From: Armatimonadota bacterium
GTDB lineage: Bacteria > Armatimonadota > Armatimonadia > Armatimonadales > Capsulimonadaceae
NCBI GenBank assembly: GCA_025353925.1
Contig: JANXNV010000093.1
Coordinates: forward strand, 1,786 to 65,785
Direction: 5' to 3'
DNA length: 64,000 bases
The position numbers and the translations under genes were made by a program. Below are positions 47,311-56,259 of the stretch, piece by piece (the first letter of the stretch is position 1; every line of letters starts with the position of its first letter). Under the pieces are notes generated by a model. The model did not search any database, was not told the DNA's origin, and saw nothing but the letters and a program-made list of their open reading frames with translations.

Positions 47311-47890
47311 AGGCCGCGCCGTTTCCGCTTGCCGCCGGAGCCGTGTCGGCACTGGCGGGGGGCGGGCTGCTCGGGTCGACGGCGGGCGGCGTGGAAGCCG
47401 GTGCCGCAGTCGGCGCGGACGGAGCCACAACGACGATCGGCGGCGGCGTGTTGACGATCACCGGGGCCGGTGCCGGGGCAGGCCGAGTGATGATCACCGG
47501 CGGCTGGACCGGCGCGGGCGACGGCACGGGGCTGGCGGGCAGCACGACCGGCGGCGAGGCGGCGACGGGAGCAGCCTGGTTTGGCAGGATCACCGTGGTC
47601 GAGGGCTGCGGAGCCGGTCGATTAAAGTAGACGACGGCGAAGATGATCAAGGCCAGAACGCCCGCCGCGAGGAGCGCATACAAAGCGTTTGTGCTGGTGG
47701 CGGCATGGCTCTCCTCCACGGCGGCGTGGGTCTGAGCGGCGTCGCGCTGGGCGGCGATCACGGACCGCTCGGCGGCCAGGCGGTTGCGCTGGGCCAGCGC
47801 GACATCGCGCTCCACTGAGGTTCCCTCGGCGACATCCATCGCCAGATCGCGCTGAGCACGCAGGGCTTCTTTTTCGATTTCATCGGACAT
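47300..47890 (-). CDS. Coiled-coil / single-TM / proline-rich protein, function unknown
   Basis: ATG at 47890 with an AAGGAG RBS. The coiled coil is EKEALRAQRDLAMD...AAQRDAAQ, the TM is LYALLAAGVLALIIFAVVYF, then a Pro/Ala/Val-rich region. Its 3' end overlaps the convergent PAS gene by 11 nt. Confidence 0.55.
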   Translation of the reverse strand: MSDEIEKEALRAQRDLAMDVAEGTSVERDVALAQRNRLAAERSVIAAQRDAAQTHAAVEESHAATSTNALYALLAAGVLALIIFAVVYFNRPAPQPSTTVILPNQAAPVAASPPVVLPASPVPSPAPVQPPVIITRPAPAPAPVIVNTPPPIVVVAPSAPTAAPASTPPAVDPSSPPPASADTAPAASGNGAASTP

Positions 47891-47940
47891 GGAGGACTCC
47901 TTCGCGGCACACGCATAAAAATTTCCGTGTGCCGTCTTGC

Positions 47941-47969
47941 TTGCATATTTCCCCAACTTGTGCTAAAAT
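47941..47969 (+). promoter_or_regulatory. Candidate promoter for tRNA-Ser
   Basis: TTGCAT (47941-47946), 17-nt spacer ending in TGC (extended -10), then TAAAAT (47964-47969). It lies about 27 nt upstream of the mature tRNA 5' end. Confidence 0.4.
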
Positions 47970-47996
47970 AATCCTGTTGCTTGGAAATCGTAGTTT

Positions 47997-48086
47997 GGGA
48001 AGGTGGCTGAGTGGTCGAAAGCGGCTCACTGCTAATGAGTTATACGGCGTAAAGCCGTATCGCAGGTTCGAATCCTGTCCTTCCCG
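47997..48086 (+). tRNA. tRNA-Ser (anticodon GCU)
   Basis: Folded by hand. The acceptor is GGGAAGG/CCTTCCC with discriminator G, and the anticodon loop is CTGCTAA. There is a long variable arm ATACGGC-GTAA-GCCGTAT and a T arm GCAGG-TTCGAAT-CCTGT. CCA is not encoded. Confidence 0.9.
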
Positions 48087-48169
48087 TCTCCGAAATTTTG
48101 GCAGTGGCGGCTCAGGTTTGTTCCTGGGCCGTCTATTTTTTGGCCTCTCTATTATTTTGGAAGAAACTG

Positions 48170-48568
48170 ATGATGACGCAAGCAAATGACAATCACAAGG
48201 TCGAGTGGCGGGAGCTGCTGCACTGGGACGGCAAGGCGGCCCTTGCCGCCGCCGCCTGCATCTTGTTCCTGACACTTTTGCTCGGGGTGCTTCCCGCTTG
48301 GCTGCGCGGGCAGGACCGGGCGGATTTCGCGGCGGCGGTCCGGCAGACGGTTCCCGGGCAGGTGACGATCTGCCAGATCTCGCCGGTCAGCTCGGGGGGC
48401 GGAGGGCTGTACAATGCCGTCAATGTGGAGTTCGCCGGTCGGCAGGCATATTACGCTCTCCCGCCGACCAGCGACTGGAAGCCGATCTTTCACCAGAAGG
48501 TCCTGGTGACCTACCGGCTGGGCACACGCAGCGGCCTGGTGCATGTGGACTCGGTGAAGCCGCTCTGA
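48170..48568 (+). CDS. Single-TM protein, function unknown
   Basis: ATG at 48170 inside track ORF 48098..48568. The TM is AALAAAACILFLTLLLGVLPAWL, with good GC3. Confidence 0.5.
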   Translation: MMTQANDNHKVEWRELLHWDGKAALAAAACILFLTLLLGVLPAWLRGQDRADFAAAVRQTVPGQVTICQISPVSSGGGGLYNAVNVEFAGRQAYYALPPTSDWKPIFHQKVLVTYRLGTRSGLVHVDSVKPL

Positions 48569-48574
48569 TTAGAT

Positions 48575-49153
48575 TCAGAACCCGTGGGAAATCTGAAGTC
48601 CCGTGCCGTCCGGTGTAATAAATGGCGACAGCACCAGGCCATGCGGCTGGGACAGCTCCAGTCGGGCCGTGCCGTAGCCGAGGGCCGCGCCGGCCACGAC
48701 ATCGCCGACGGTATGCCGATGCAGGCGGACACGGGAGTAGGAGATCAGCCCCGCGCCGAGGTACCAGAGGACGGCCTGCTTCGGGTGCAGCTGACTTTCA
48801 ACAGTCGCAACGGCGAACGCCGCCGTGGCATGGCCGCTGGGAAAGCTGTCATGGGCATTGGAGTCGGGCCGCTTTTCTTTAAACACGGCTTTGAGGCCTT
48901 CGGCCAGAGCGACGCTGACCAGCAGCGAGTCCGCCGCCCGCAGAGCATGGTTTTTGCCGTCGTGCCCGTCGGTCAGCAGCGGCAGACCAACCCCGGCGGC
49001 GAGAAAGATAATATTCCCCGCCCCCGATCCGAAGTTCGCCGCCTTTCGGGCCGGAGACTCGGCAAAGCAGGGGGACGCCGCCAGAGTGATGCAGGCGGCG
49101 GTCAGAGTCAGAAGAGACGCCGCGCGGGTGCGAGAAGGTGTTTTGGGATGCAT
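48575..49153 (-). CDS. PAP2-family phosphatase (secreted/membrane)
   Basis: ATG at 49153 (MHPKTPSRTRAASLLTL... signal). The PAP2 motifs are KEKRPDS, PSGH and SRVRLHRHTVGD. The track ORF extension to 49690 is unsupported. Confidence 0.8.
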   Translation of the reverse strand: MHPKTPSRTRAASLLTLTAACITLAASPCFAESPARKAANFGSGAGNIIFLAAGVGLPLLTDGHDGKNHALRAADSLLVSVALAEGLKAVFKEKRPDSNAHDSFPSGHATAAFAVATVESQLHPKQAVLWYLGAGLISYSRVRLHRHTVGDVVAGAALGYGTARLELSQPHGLVLSPFITPDGTGLQISHGF

Positions 49154-49197
49154 GGGGCGAAGTTCGTGTTTGGTCAAGAAGATTCCTGCACCATTGA

Positions 49198-49223
49198 TGT
49201 AGGGGAGCTGCTTGCCGCGCCTC
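49198..49223. repeat. Family-D short REP copy (GTAG-first orientation)
   Basis: tgtaggggagctgcttgccgcgcctc is the reverse-orientation homologue of 28814-28840. A family-C palindrome follows at 49266-49288. Confidence 0.7.
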
Positions 49224-49403
49224 CTGAATTTCCGCGCCCTCTTTGCCTTGCCATAGGACACACGAGCCACGGATTGGAAATCCGAGGCTGGAAAAAGCTC
49301 GCCGTCGAAGCGACGTTCAGAACTTAGGACGCCGGCGGCTGTTCTTACGGCAAATACTGTGTAATGGTGGTAGGCGAGCAGGCAAGACGCAGATGAAAGA
49401 GAC

Positions 49404-50120
49404 ATGGCTAAGAGAGTTGCTATGAGCATATTCACAAGCAAACGACGCGCCGTAGGTCTGTTCTTTGCCGCGATAGTCTTGGTCATCATACCGGGAGTCC
49501 TGGCAGGTCCGGCCATAAGAAGTGCGACAGTAAGAGCCAAACATTCTTCGTCTCGGACGCCGCAAGCGCAGCACAGGCTGAACGCCTTGCTGGCGATCGC
49601 CTCCGGTTCCGGGCCGCTAGGCTCGCCTGATTTTTCTCGGTTCCGCTCGCTTCTGGCACAGGGAGCTGACCCCAATGCACGGATACACAACGGAAGCGAT
49701 CACCCCACTGTCAAAAACAGCACCCCCTGGCTGATCTGGTATTCCGCGCTGGGAAACGCTCCAACGGTCCAGGCCCTGCTCGCCCACGGCGCGAGAGTCA
49801 ATGCACGCGGGTATGGTACGGGACATCTTCCCGGCCCCTCGGCTGTCGAGAATTCGACGGCTCTGATCGTTGCCTGCGGCCGGAGTGGCAATTGGGACGT
49901 GATCCAGCTGCTTTTGCAGCATGGCGCAAAAGCGAATGTCCACGACATCTCCGGCCGTACCCCGCTTGAGGTCGCCGGATGGATGGGCGAAAAGGACGAG
50001 TGCGCCCTGCTGCGGCAGTACGGTGCAAGCGAAAAATACATGAGAAGATGGCAGCGCACGTTATTCAAATCGGATAGTCGTGAGGCAAATGGGAATTCGA
50101 CAGGAACAGAGGCTCAGTAA
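49404..50120 (+). CDS. Ankyrin-repeat protein with an N-terminal TM/signal anchor
   Basis: Ankyrin-like repeats are LLAQGADPNAR, TVQALLAHGARVNAR and VIQLLLQHGAKANVHDISGRTPLEVA. The N-terminal hydrophobic helix is GLFFAAIVLVIIPGVLAG. Confidence 0.75.
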   Translation: MAKRVAMSIFTSKRRAVGLFFAAIVLVIIPGVLAGPAIRSATVRAKHSSSRTPQAQHRLNALLAIASGSGPLGSPDFSRFRSLLAQGADPNARIHNGSDHPTVKNSTPWLIWYSALGNAPTVQALLAHGARVNARGYGTGHLPGPSAVENSTALIVACGRSGNWDVIQLLLQHGAKANVHDISGRTPLEVAGWMGEKDECALLRQYGASEKYMRRWQRTLFKSDSREANGNSTGTEAQ

Positions 50121-50148
50121 TGGCGAGTGATATTCTCGGGGGGGGGCT

Positions 50149-50631
50149 TTGGTCGGCGGTGTGGCCGGGGGAGCGGTCGGAATTTTGTATTTCCTCATTA
50201 GGAAGCTTCAGGGCAGGACACCGGGAGCCAAAGGGACGGTGCCGCGTGAGCGGCCACAAACCCTCCCGGTGCCGCCAGCATGGAAGACGGAAAGTAAGCG
50301 CGTGGTGTTCGGGATTGTCTGGTTCTTCGTGCTGTGGTTCTTCGCCCGAGTGGTCCTCGGGGGGATTGTCGGGGGAATCGCAGGCAGTCACAGTCCCGCC
50401 CGATCCCTCCCCGCAGCGGAACGCAGACAGGCGGCGGGTGCGGCCGGCCAAAATGCCGCCGTCGATTTTCTCCAGGATTATGGGCTATGGATTTTACTTG
50501 GCTCCCTGGCCGCTTCCGTCTCAGGTACGCTGTTCGGCATTCTGCCGGGGACCCGAAGGCCGCGCGTCGCTGTTCCTTCCGCTGCTCAGTCATCAGAGGG
50601 ACAGTGGCCTCCGCCGCCCTCTTCTCTCTAG
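50149..50631 (+). CDS. Membrane protein, function unknown (start uncertain; see the G9-tract finding)
   Basis: This frame has high GC3 and four hydrophobic segments (e.g. VVFGIVWFFVLWFFARVVLGGIVGGIAG). Only TTG 50149 or GTG 50161 are available as starts. The overlapping 50120..50734 frame is judged non-coding. Confidence 0.5.
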   Translation: MVGGVAGGAVGILYFLIRKLQGRTPGAKGTVPRERPQTLPVPPAWKTESKRVVFGIVWFFVLWFFARVVLGGIVGGIAGSHSPARSLPAAERRQAAGAAGQNAAVDFLQDYGLWILLGSLAASVSGTLFGILPGTRRPRVAVPSAAQSSEGQWPPPPSSL

Positions 50632-50738
50632 TCATTTTTTCGGCCTGTGTTTTCGGTTCTTCGAACGGCCTTTTCTGGATACGCGGCAGAGGCAGTTGCT
50701 GCAAAGAAATTCCGATAAAGACCGGGTAAACTAGCACC

Positions 50739-51500
50739 ATGAGGATCTCGCCTGAAAACCCGCTGCGGCTGGCCTTGTGGTCCGGCCCGCGCAACATCTC
50801 CACGGCCATGATGCGCTCCTGGGGGAACCGACCCGACACGTTTGTCTGCGATGAGCCGCTTTACGCGCACTACCTCCAGTCCACGGGCCGTGACCATCCC
50901 GGAGCCGCGGAGGTGATCCGCTGCGGGGAGGCCGACTGGCGCAAAGCGGCGGACTGGCTGACCGGGCCGGTGCCGGAGGGCAAAGCGATCTTTTATCAAA
51001 AGCACATGACCCATCACCTGCTGCCGAATATGGAGCGCAGCTGGATGGGGCGGCTGACGCACGGTTTTTTGATCCGGCATCCCGGCGAAGTGATCACATC
51101 GTACCTGAAGAAGAATCAGGATCCGACGGTGGAAGACCTTGGGTTTGTCCAGCAGGCGGAGATCTACGACTGGGTGTCGGCACGCACCGACTCCGCCGTG
51201 CCGGTGCTGGATGCGCGGGACGTACTGGACCACCCGGAAGCGATGCTGCGAATGCTCTGCACGGTGCTCGGGGTCGAATTCACCCCGGCGATGCTCTCCT
51301 GGGAGCCGGGGCTGCGGGCGACCGACGGCGTGTGGGCCAAGCACTGGTACCCGGAAGTGGAGACTTCCACCGGGTTCCGCCCGTATCAGGCGAAACTCGA
51401 TGTCGTCCCGGAGCGTCTTCAGGGGGTTTACGCGCAGTGTTTGGAAGTTTATGAGCGGCTGTATGCCTATCGGCTTCCGCCGCCGGAGGCAGGGGTATGA
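50739..51500 (+). CDS. Sulfotransferase-family-like (P-loop) protein
   Basis: The N-terminal LALWSGPRNISTAMMRSW resembles a sulfotransferase PAPS-binding loop (SGPRN.ST). Its stop overlaps the aminotransferase start (ATGA). This call is from memory and moderate. Confidence 0.5.
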   Translation: MRISPENPLRLALWSGPRNISTAMMRSWGNRPDTFVCDEPLYAHYLQSTGRDHPGAAEVIRCGEADWRKAADWLTGPVPEGKAIFYQKHMTHHLLPNMERSWMGRLTHGFLIRHPGEVITSYLKKNQDPTVEDLGFVQQAEIYDWVSARTDSAVPVLDARDVLDHPEAMLRMLCTVLGVEFTPAMLSWEPGLRATDGVWAKHWYPEVETSTGFRPYQAKLDVVPERLQGVYAQCLEVYERLYAYRLPPPEAGV

Positions 51501-52396
51501 AGCAGCAGTTTCATGAGCAGAATCGGAACCTCATCGTCAGCATCAACGGCCGTCTCCTGCACCGGGACGAAGCTGGGGTCAGCCCGTTTGATTCGGTCGT
51601 TCAGGGCGGCGATGCGGTGTGGGAAGGACTGCGGCTCTACCAGGGAAGAATTTTCAAGCTGCACGAGCATTTGGACCGGCTGCGCGACTCGGCCCTGGCG
51701 TTGGCATTCACCGAAATCCCGACGGCGGCGGCGATTATCGAAGAGATCCGAAAAACACTGGCCGCCAATGAGATGACTGACGGCGTGCATATCCGGCTGA
51801 CGCTGACGCGCGGGGTCAAGCTGACTTCGGGCATGGACCCGCGCCTGAACACGTCCGGGCCGACCCTGATCGTTCTCGCCGAGTTTAAGCCGCCGGTCTA
51901 TGACAAAAGCGGGCTGACGTTGATCACCAGCAGCGTGCGGCGTTCCGGGCCGGACACCCTCGACCCAAAAATCCATCACAACAACCTGCTGACTTCCATC
52001 CTCGCCAAGATCGAGGCGAACCACGCCGGTGCCGACGATGCCTTGATGCTCGACGGGCGCGGTTTCGTAGCGGAGACGAACGCGACCCATGTCTTTCTGG
52101 TGCGCCGGGGCCAGGTGCTGACCCCCTATGCCGTCGCCTGCCCCGAGGGGATCACGCGCGAGACGGTGCTGGAGCTGTGCGCCGCCAACGGCATCCCCTG
52201 CGCGGAAGCCGACCTGTCGCCGGCCGAGTTTTACCGGGCCGACGAGATGTTCTGCACAGGCACCATGGGCGAGCTGGCTGCCGTGGTGCAGGTGGACGGA
52301 CGGCCTATCGGGGGCGGCTCCCCCGGACCGATGACCGCCCGGCTGAGTGAGCTGTTCGCGCAGCGCACCGCCGCCGAAGGGGTGCAGGTCGCTTGA
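51497..52396 (+). CDS. Class IV PLP aminotransferase (branched-chain amino acid / D-amino acid aminotransferase family)
   Basis: The fold-type IV pattern is present: FDSVVQGGD.VWEGLR...HLDRL..SA, KIHHNNLLTSILAK, ETNATHVFLVRRGQVLTP, GITRETVLEL and ADEMFCTGT. Confidence 0.8.
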   Translation: MKQQFHEQNRNLIVSINGRLLHRDEAGVSPFDSVVQGGDAVWEGLRLYQGRIFKLHEHLDRLRDSALALAFTEIPTAAAIIEEIRKTLAANEMTDGVHIRLTLTRGVKLTSGMDPRLNTSGPTLIVLAEFKPPVYDKSGLTLITSSVRRSGPDTLDPKIHHNNLLTSILAKIEANHAGADDALMLDGRGFVAETNATHVFLVRRGQVLTPYAVACPEGITRETVLELCAANGIPCAEADLSPAEFYRADEMFCTGTMGELAAVVQVDGRPIGGGSPGPMTARLSELFAQRTAAEGVQVA

Positions 52397-52448
52397 TCTC
52401 ATAATTTTAATCGCAGAGTCCGAAATGACGAGGGGGAAATCCGAAATT

Positions 52449-53063
52449 ATGTCCGAAGTCTACTTGATTTTGCATGGCTGGGGCGGAAACAAACCTGCAC
52501 ACTGGCAGGAGCACCTGGCCGCGAAGCTGACCGAATCGGGCGCGGATGTGCGCTATCCGAAGATGCCGGAGCCGATGGCTCCGAACCCGGCGGCCTGGAT
52601 GGAGGCTTTGCATGCCGCACTGGGCGAAATTCCCGCCGACGCTACCCTGACCGTGCTGGCGCACTCGCTGGGGGCGATCAACTGGATGCACCATGCGGCC
52701 ATGGCATCTCTAGCGGGGCGACCCGGCCCGAAGGCCGATCGGGTACTGCTGGTCGCGCCGCCGTATGTCATCCACGAGATTCCGCCGGTCGACGCTCCGC
52801 CGGGAGCCGCCGACTTCTTTCCTCCGCCGCTTTCGAAAGAGGGCATCGCCGCGCTTTCCCGCGAGACGGTGATTGTCGCCTCGGACACGGATGACTACGC
52901 GACATTCGACCAGACGTTGGCCTATGCCGCCAGGCTGGGAGTCGACATCCAGAAGCTGCCGGGCGGCGGGCATATCTCCCCGTATTACGGCTACGGCGAA
53001 TGGCCGTGGGTGCTCGACTGGGCTTTGCGGCGTGCGGATCTGCCGCCGCTTCCAAACAAGTAG
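52449..53063 (+). CDS. Alpha/beta serine hydrolase (YdeN/RBBP9-like)
   Basis: The MSEVYLILHGWGGNKPAHWQ start, the nucleophile elbow LAHSLGA, and a late GGGHI fit this small hydrolase family. An alternative ATG is at 52425. Confidence 0.7.
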   Translation: MSEVYLILHGWGGNKPAHWQEHLAAKLTESGADVRYPKMPEPMAPNPAAWMEALHAALGEIPADATLTVLAHSLGAINWMHHAAMASLAGRPGPKADRVLLVAPPYVIHEIPPVDAPPGAADFFPPPLSKEGIAALSRETVIVASDTDDYATFDQTLAYAARLGVDIQKLPGGGHISPYYGYGEWPWVLDWALRRADLPPLPNK

Positions 53064-53070
53064 TCTTTCC

Positions 53071-55719
53071 ATGTCCATCCCGCCGACCGGCGACATCACG
53101 TTCTTGTTTTCCGATATGGAAGGCAGCACGCGCCTCTGGGAGCAGTTCCCGGAGGTAATGCCTGCGGTCCTAGCGCGTCATGACGCCCACTTTTTGGAGG
53201 CGGTCCGTGCGGGGGGCGGGAATATTTTTAAGCGGGGCGGGGACGCATTTTGCATCGCGTTCGAACGGCCCGAGGGGGCGCTGACGGCGGGGCTGGCGGT
53301 GCAGCTCGCACTGCACCGGGAAGCTTGGCCTCTGCCGGAAGGTTCAGAGCCACGTGTCCGGCTGGCACTGCACACCGGCCCTGCCGAGCGGCGCGAAGGG
53401 GATTACTACGGCCTGGCACTCAGCCGGGCGGCCCGGCTGCTGGCGGCGGCGCACGGCGGGCAGACTCTGGTTTCCGAGAGCGCGGCGGCGCAGCTTCGGG
53501 ACCTGCTGCCGGAGGGGGTCCGGTTGGGGTCTCACGGGCGGCACCGGCTGAAGGATCTGGCCCGGCCGCAGGAGATCTTTCAGCTCGTTCATCCGGGTCT
53601 GCCGAGCCAATTCCCCCCGCTGCGGTCGCTGGAGTCTTTTGTCCATAATCTGCCGGGTCAGCTGACCTCGTTTATCGGGCGCGAAGAAGAAATGGACACG
53701 GCGCGTCGGCTGCTGAAAGAGTCGCGGCTCCTGACACTCACTGGAACGGGGGGAACCGGCAAGTCCCGGCTGGCACTTCAGGTGGCAGCAGACCAGCTGG
53801 GAGAGTACCCGGACGGAGTCTGGCTGGTGGAGCTGGCTCCCCTCTCCGACCCGGCCCTGCTTCCGCAGGCGGTCGCCGCCGTGCTTGGGGCGGGCGAAGA
53901 AGCATCCCGGCCAATCTGCGAGACGCTCACCGACCTGCTGCGTCCGAAAGCTCTCCTGCTGATCCTCGACAACTGCGAACATCTGGTCGAAGCCTGCGCC
54001 CATCTCGCGGAGGACTTGCTGCGGGCCTGCCCGCACCTGCAGATTTTGGCGACCAGCCGGGAGGCTCTGGAGATCGGCGGCGAGTGTACTCTGGCCGTTC
54101 CTTCCCTGACGACTCCGGCTCTGGGCCTGAGCCTCGACCATCTGGCCCGCTTCGAGTGCGTTCGCCTGTTTGTGGACCGGGCGACCTCCGCCCTGCCGAC
54201 GTTCCGGCTCAGTGCAGGGAATGCCCCGGCGATCGCGCAGGTCTGTGCCCGGCTCGACGGTATCCCGCTGGCCTTGGAGCTGGCCGCCGCCCGGGTGAAG
54301 GTGATGACTCCCGAGCAGATCTCCTCGCGTTTGGACAACCGTTTCCAGCTTCTTTCGGGCGGCAGCCGGACCGCTTTGCCGCGTCAGCAGACCCTGCGGG
54401 CATTGATCGACTGGTCCTATGACCTCCTGCTGCCCGCCGAGCAGGCCCTGCTGCGCCGCCTCTCCGTATTCGCCGGGGCTTGGTCTTTGGAAGCGGCGGA
54501 AACGGTCTGTGCGGACGGCGACGGCGGAGATATTCTGGACCTGCTCTCGCGCCTGGTCGCCAAGTCCCTGGTGATTGTCGAGCCGCCCGAGGCGGGGCAG
54601 GTACGCTACCATTTGCAGGAGAACCTACGTCAGTATGCCCAGGAGCGGCTGGCCCAGACCGACGAGCAGCCCCGGCTGGCCCAGAGTCACGCGGCGTTTT
54701 TTTCGACGCTGGCCGATGAAGCGGCTTTGGAGCTGAAGGGGCCGGAGCAGGTCTTCTGGCTGAATCAACTGGAGCGGGACCATGACAACTTTCGGGCGGC
54801 CCTGAAGCACTGCGGGGCGGGGCCGGACCCGAAGGAGCCGTGCCTGCGCCTGGCGAATTCCCTGTACCGGTTCTGGTTCGTTCGCGGCTACCTGACCGAG
54901 GGCCTGCGCTGGCTGGAATCAGCCCTGGACGCCCCCGGAACCGCCTCCGACGACCTGCTGGCAAAAGCCAACACGGCAGCGGGAGTCCTCACCTGGTCTC
55001 TGGGCGACACCCCCAAATCCCGTTCGTTTCATGAGACCAGCCTGCGCCTGAACCGTCTGCACGAAGATAAAGTCGGCATCGCCCGCTGCCTGGCGAACCT
55101 GGGGATCGTGGCGACCCACGAAAATCTACTCTCACAAGCCCGCGATTTCTTCGAGGAGAGCCTGGCACTGTACCAGGAGGTCGGCACGCCGAACGACGTT
55201 GCGCTTATGATGCACAATTTAGGCAACTTATTAATTGATCAAATGGAATTTGATGCTGGCCGCTCCTATCTTGAAAAGAGTCTAAAAGTTGCAAGAGAGT
55301 TTCAAGATAATAAAGTGATTATGGCTGCTCTCTATAATCTGGGCATACTTGAGGAGGACTTATCGGATCTCACCTCCGCCCTAACCTATTTTTCAGAAGG
55401 TCTTTTGCAGCAAGTCGAATATGGGGAGAAGCAGGGGATCGCTTTGACGATTCGCGGAATCGGCCGAGTTGCAGGTCGCTGCGGCAGTTATCACATTCAG
55501 ACACTGCTGTTCGGAGCTGAAGAAGCATATGCGGAGCGGACGGGCGTTCCCTCCCTCGACACGGACACGGAGGGGAAACACGCGCAGTGCCTTCAAGCGG
55601 CGCATAGCACCCTTGGTGAAGCGAAGTACCAATTTCTTTGGAAGCAGGGCCGCGCTCTCACCATTGAGCAGGCCACAGAGTATGCGGTAGAGCAAAGTAG
55701 GCTATTGACAGCGCGGTAA
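53071..55719 (+). CDS. Class III nucleotide cyclase domain - STAND P-loop NTPase - TPR protein
   Basis: ATG at 53071. The cyclase homology domain motifs are ITFLFSDMEGST, RGGDAFCIAF and YYGLALSRAARL. Walker A is LTGTGGTGKSRLA and Walker B is LLLILDNCEH. The C-terminal half has TPR-like repeats. Confidence 0.85.
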   Translation: MSIPPTGDITFLFSDMEGSTRLWEQFPEVMPAVLARHDAHFLEAVRAGGGNIFKRGGDAFCIAFERPEGALTAGLAVQLALHREAWPLPEGSEPRVRLALHTGPAERREGDYYGLALSRAARLLAAAHGGQTLVSESAAAQLRDLLPEGVRLGSHGRHRLKDLARPQEIFQLVHPGLPSQFPPLRSLESFVHNLPGQLTSFIGREEEMDTARRLLKESRLLTLTGTGGTGKSRLALQVAADQLGEYPDGVWLVELAPLSDPALLPQAVAAVLGAGEEASRPICETLTDLLRPKALLLILDNCEHLVEACAHLAEDLLRACPHLQILATSREALEIGGECTLAVPSLTTPALGLSLDHLARFECVRLFVDRATSALPTFRLSAGNAPAIAQVCARLDGIPLALELAAARVKVMTPEQISSRLDNRFQLLSGGSRTALPRQQTLRALIDWSYDLLLPAEQALLRRLSVFAGAWSLEAAETVCADGDGGDILDLLSRLVAKSLVIVEPPEAGQVRYHLQENLRQYAQERLAQTDEQPRLAQSHAAFFSTLADEAALELKGPEQVFWLNQLERDHDNFRAALKHCGAGPDPKEPCLRLANSLYRFWFVRGYLTEGLRWLESALDAPGTASDDLLAKANTAAGVLTWSLGDTPKSRSFHETSLRLNRLHEDKVGIARCLANLGIVATHENLLSQARDFFEESLALYQEVGTPNDVALMMHNLGNLLIDQMEFDAGRSYLEKSLKVAREFQDNKVIMAALYNLGILEEDLSDLTSALTYFSEGLLQQVEYGEKQGIALTIRGIGRVAGRCGSYHIQTLLFGAEEAYAERTGVPSLDTDTEGKHAQCLQAAHSTLGEAKYQFLWKQGRALTIEQATEYAVEQSRLLTAR

Positions 55720-55783
55720 ATTAGTGTTAGAATGCTTAGGCTGTACCACATCTCACCGCAAAAGTGAAAGAGGAGACACACCC

Positions 55784-56152
55784 ATGCCGCCGATACATCC
55801 TGATAGCCCCCGTAAATATGTACCACCAGACGTAGCCATCAAGCCGATTCCCGCAGAGGGCGAGATGGAAAAAGGGCACGAGATCGAGATCACGGTCTCT
55901 CCCCTCAATGACGAGATCGTAGATGAGGACGACGCCGTTCGTATTAACGTCACCTGTTCGTACGATAAGGGCGGCTTCACCCACCATAAGGCCCTGCGCT
56001 TCTTCCTGTTTGTGTTCGGCGGGGTCAATGAGGCATCGTTCCGCCAGCACATCGAAGCGGACTGGCGGAACTTCACGGTCTACGCGGATGGTGTTTCTTA
56101 CGAGAACGGAGTGCAAAGCGAGAGCAGCTCTCGGCTGGTGCGGGTTTCGTAG
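55784..56152 (+). CDS. Hypothetical 122-aa protein co-transcribed with the cyclase-STAND gene
   Basis: AAAGAGGAG RBS 8 nt upstream and good GC3, followed by a strong terminator. No motif was recognised. Confidence 0.6.
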   Translation: MPPIHPDSPRKYVPPDVAIKPIPAEGEMEKGHEIEITVSPLNDEIVDEDDAVRINVTCSYDKGGFTHHKALRFFLFVFGGVNEASFRQHIEADWRNFTVYADGVSYENGVQSESSSRLVRVS

Positions 56153-56176
56153 AGTGTGAATGCGTGTGAAAAAAGG

Positions 56177-56211
56177 CCGCCCCCGCTGAGCGCAGCGGGG
56201 GCGGTTTTTTT
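56177..56211 (+). terminator. Rho-independent terminator
   Basis: 12-bp stem ccgcccccgctg / cagcgggggcgg, loop agcg, T7 tail. Confidence 0.85.
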
Positions 56212-56259
56212 GTCAGCTTGTGGAGACGTAAGTATGGTATACTCCTCGTAAACACAAAT

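Noticed and set aside
47891-48169. tRNA-Ser as an integration hotspot / genomic island border
   Set aside because: There is no integrase, no direct repeat of the tRNA 3' end, and no compositional break on either side within the window.
49154-49690. 5' extension of the PAP2 gene to 49690
   Set aside because: It crosses intergenic repeats (families C and D) and the start of the ankyrin gene. The signal-peptide-bearing start at 49153 gives a normal-length PAP2 protein.
50120-50734. 204-aa ORF starting at the TAATG overlap
   Set aside because: Beyond the G9 run, its frame has poor third-position GC and a Ser/Arg/Cys-rich translation, while the +1 frame looks like a membrane protein. See the G9-tract finding.
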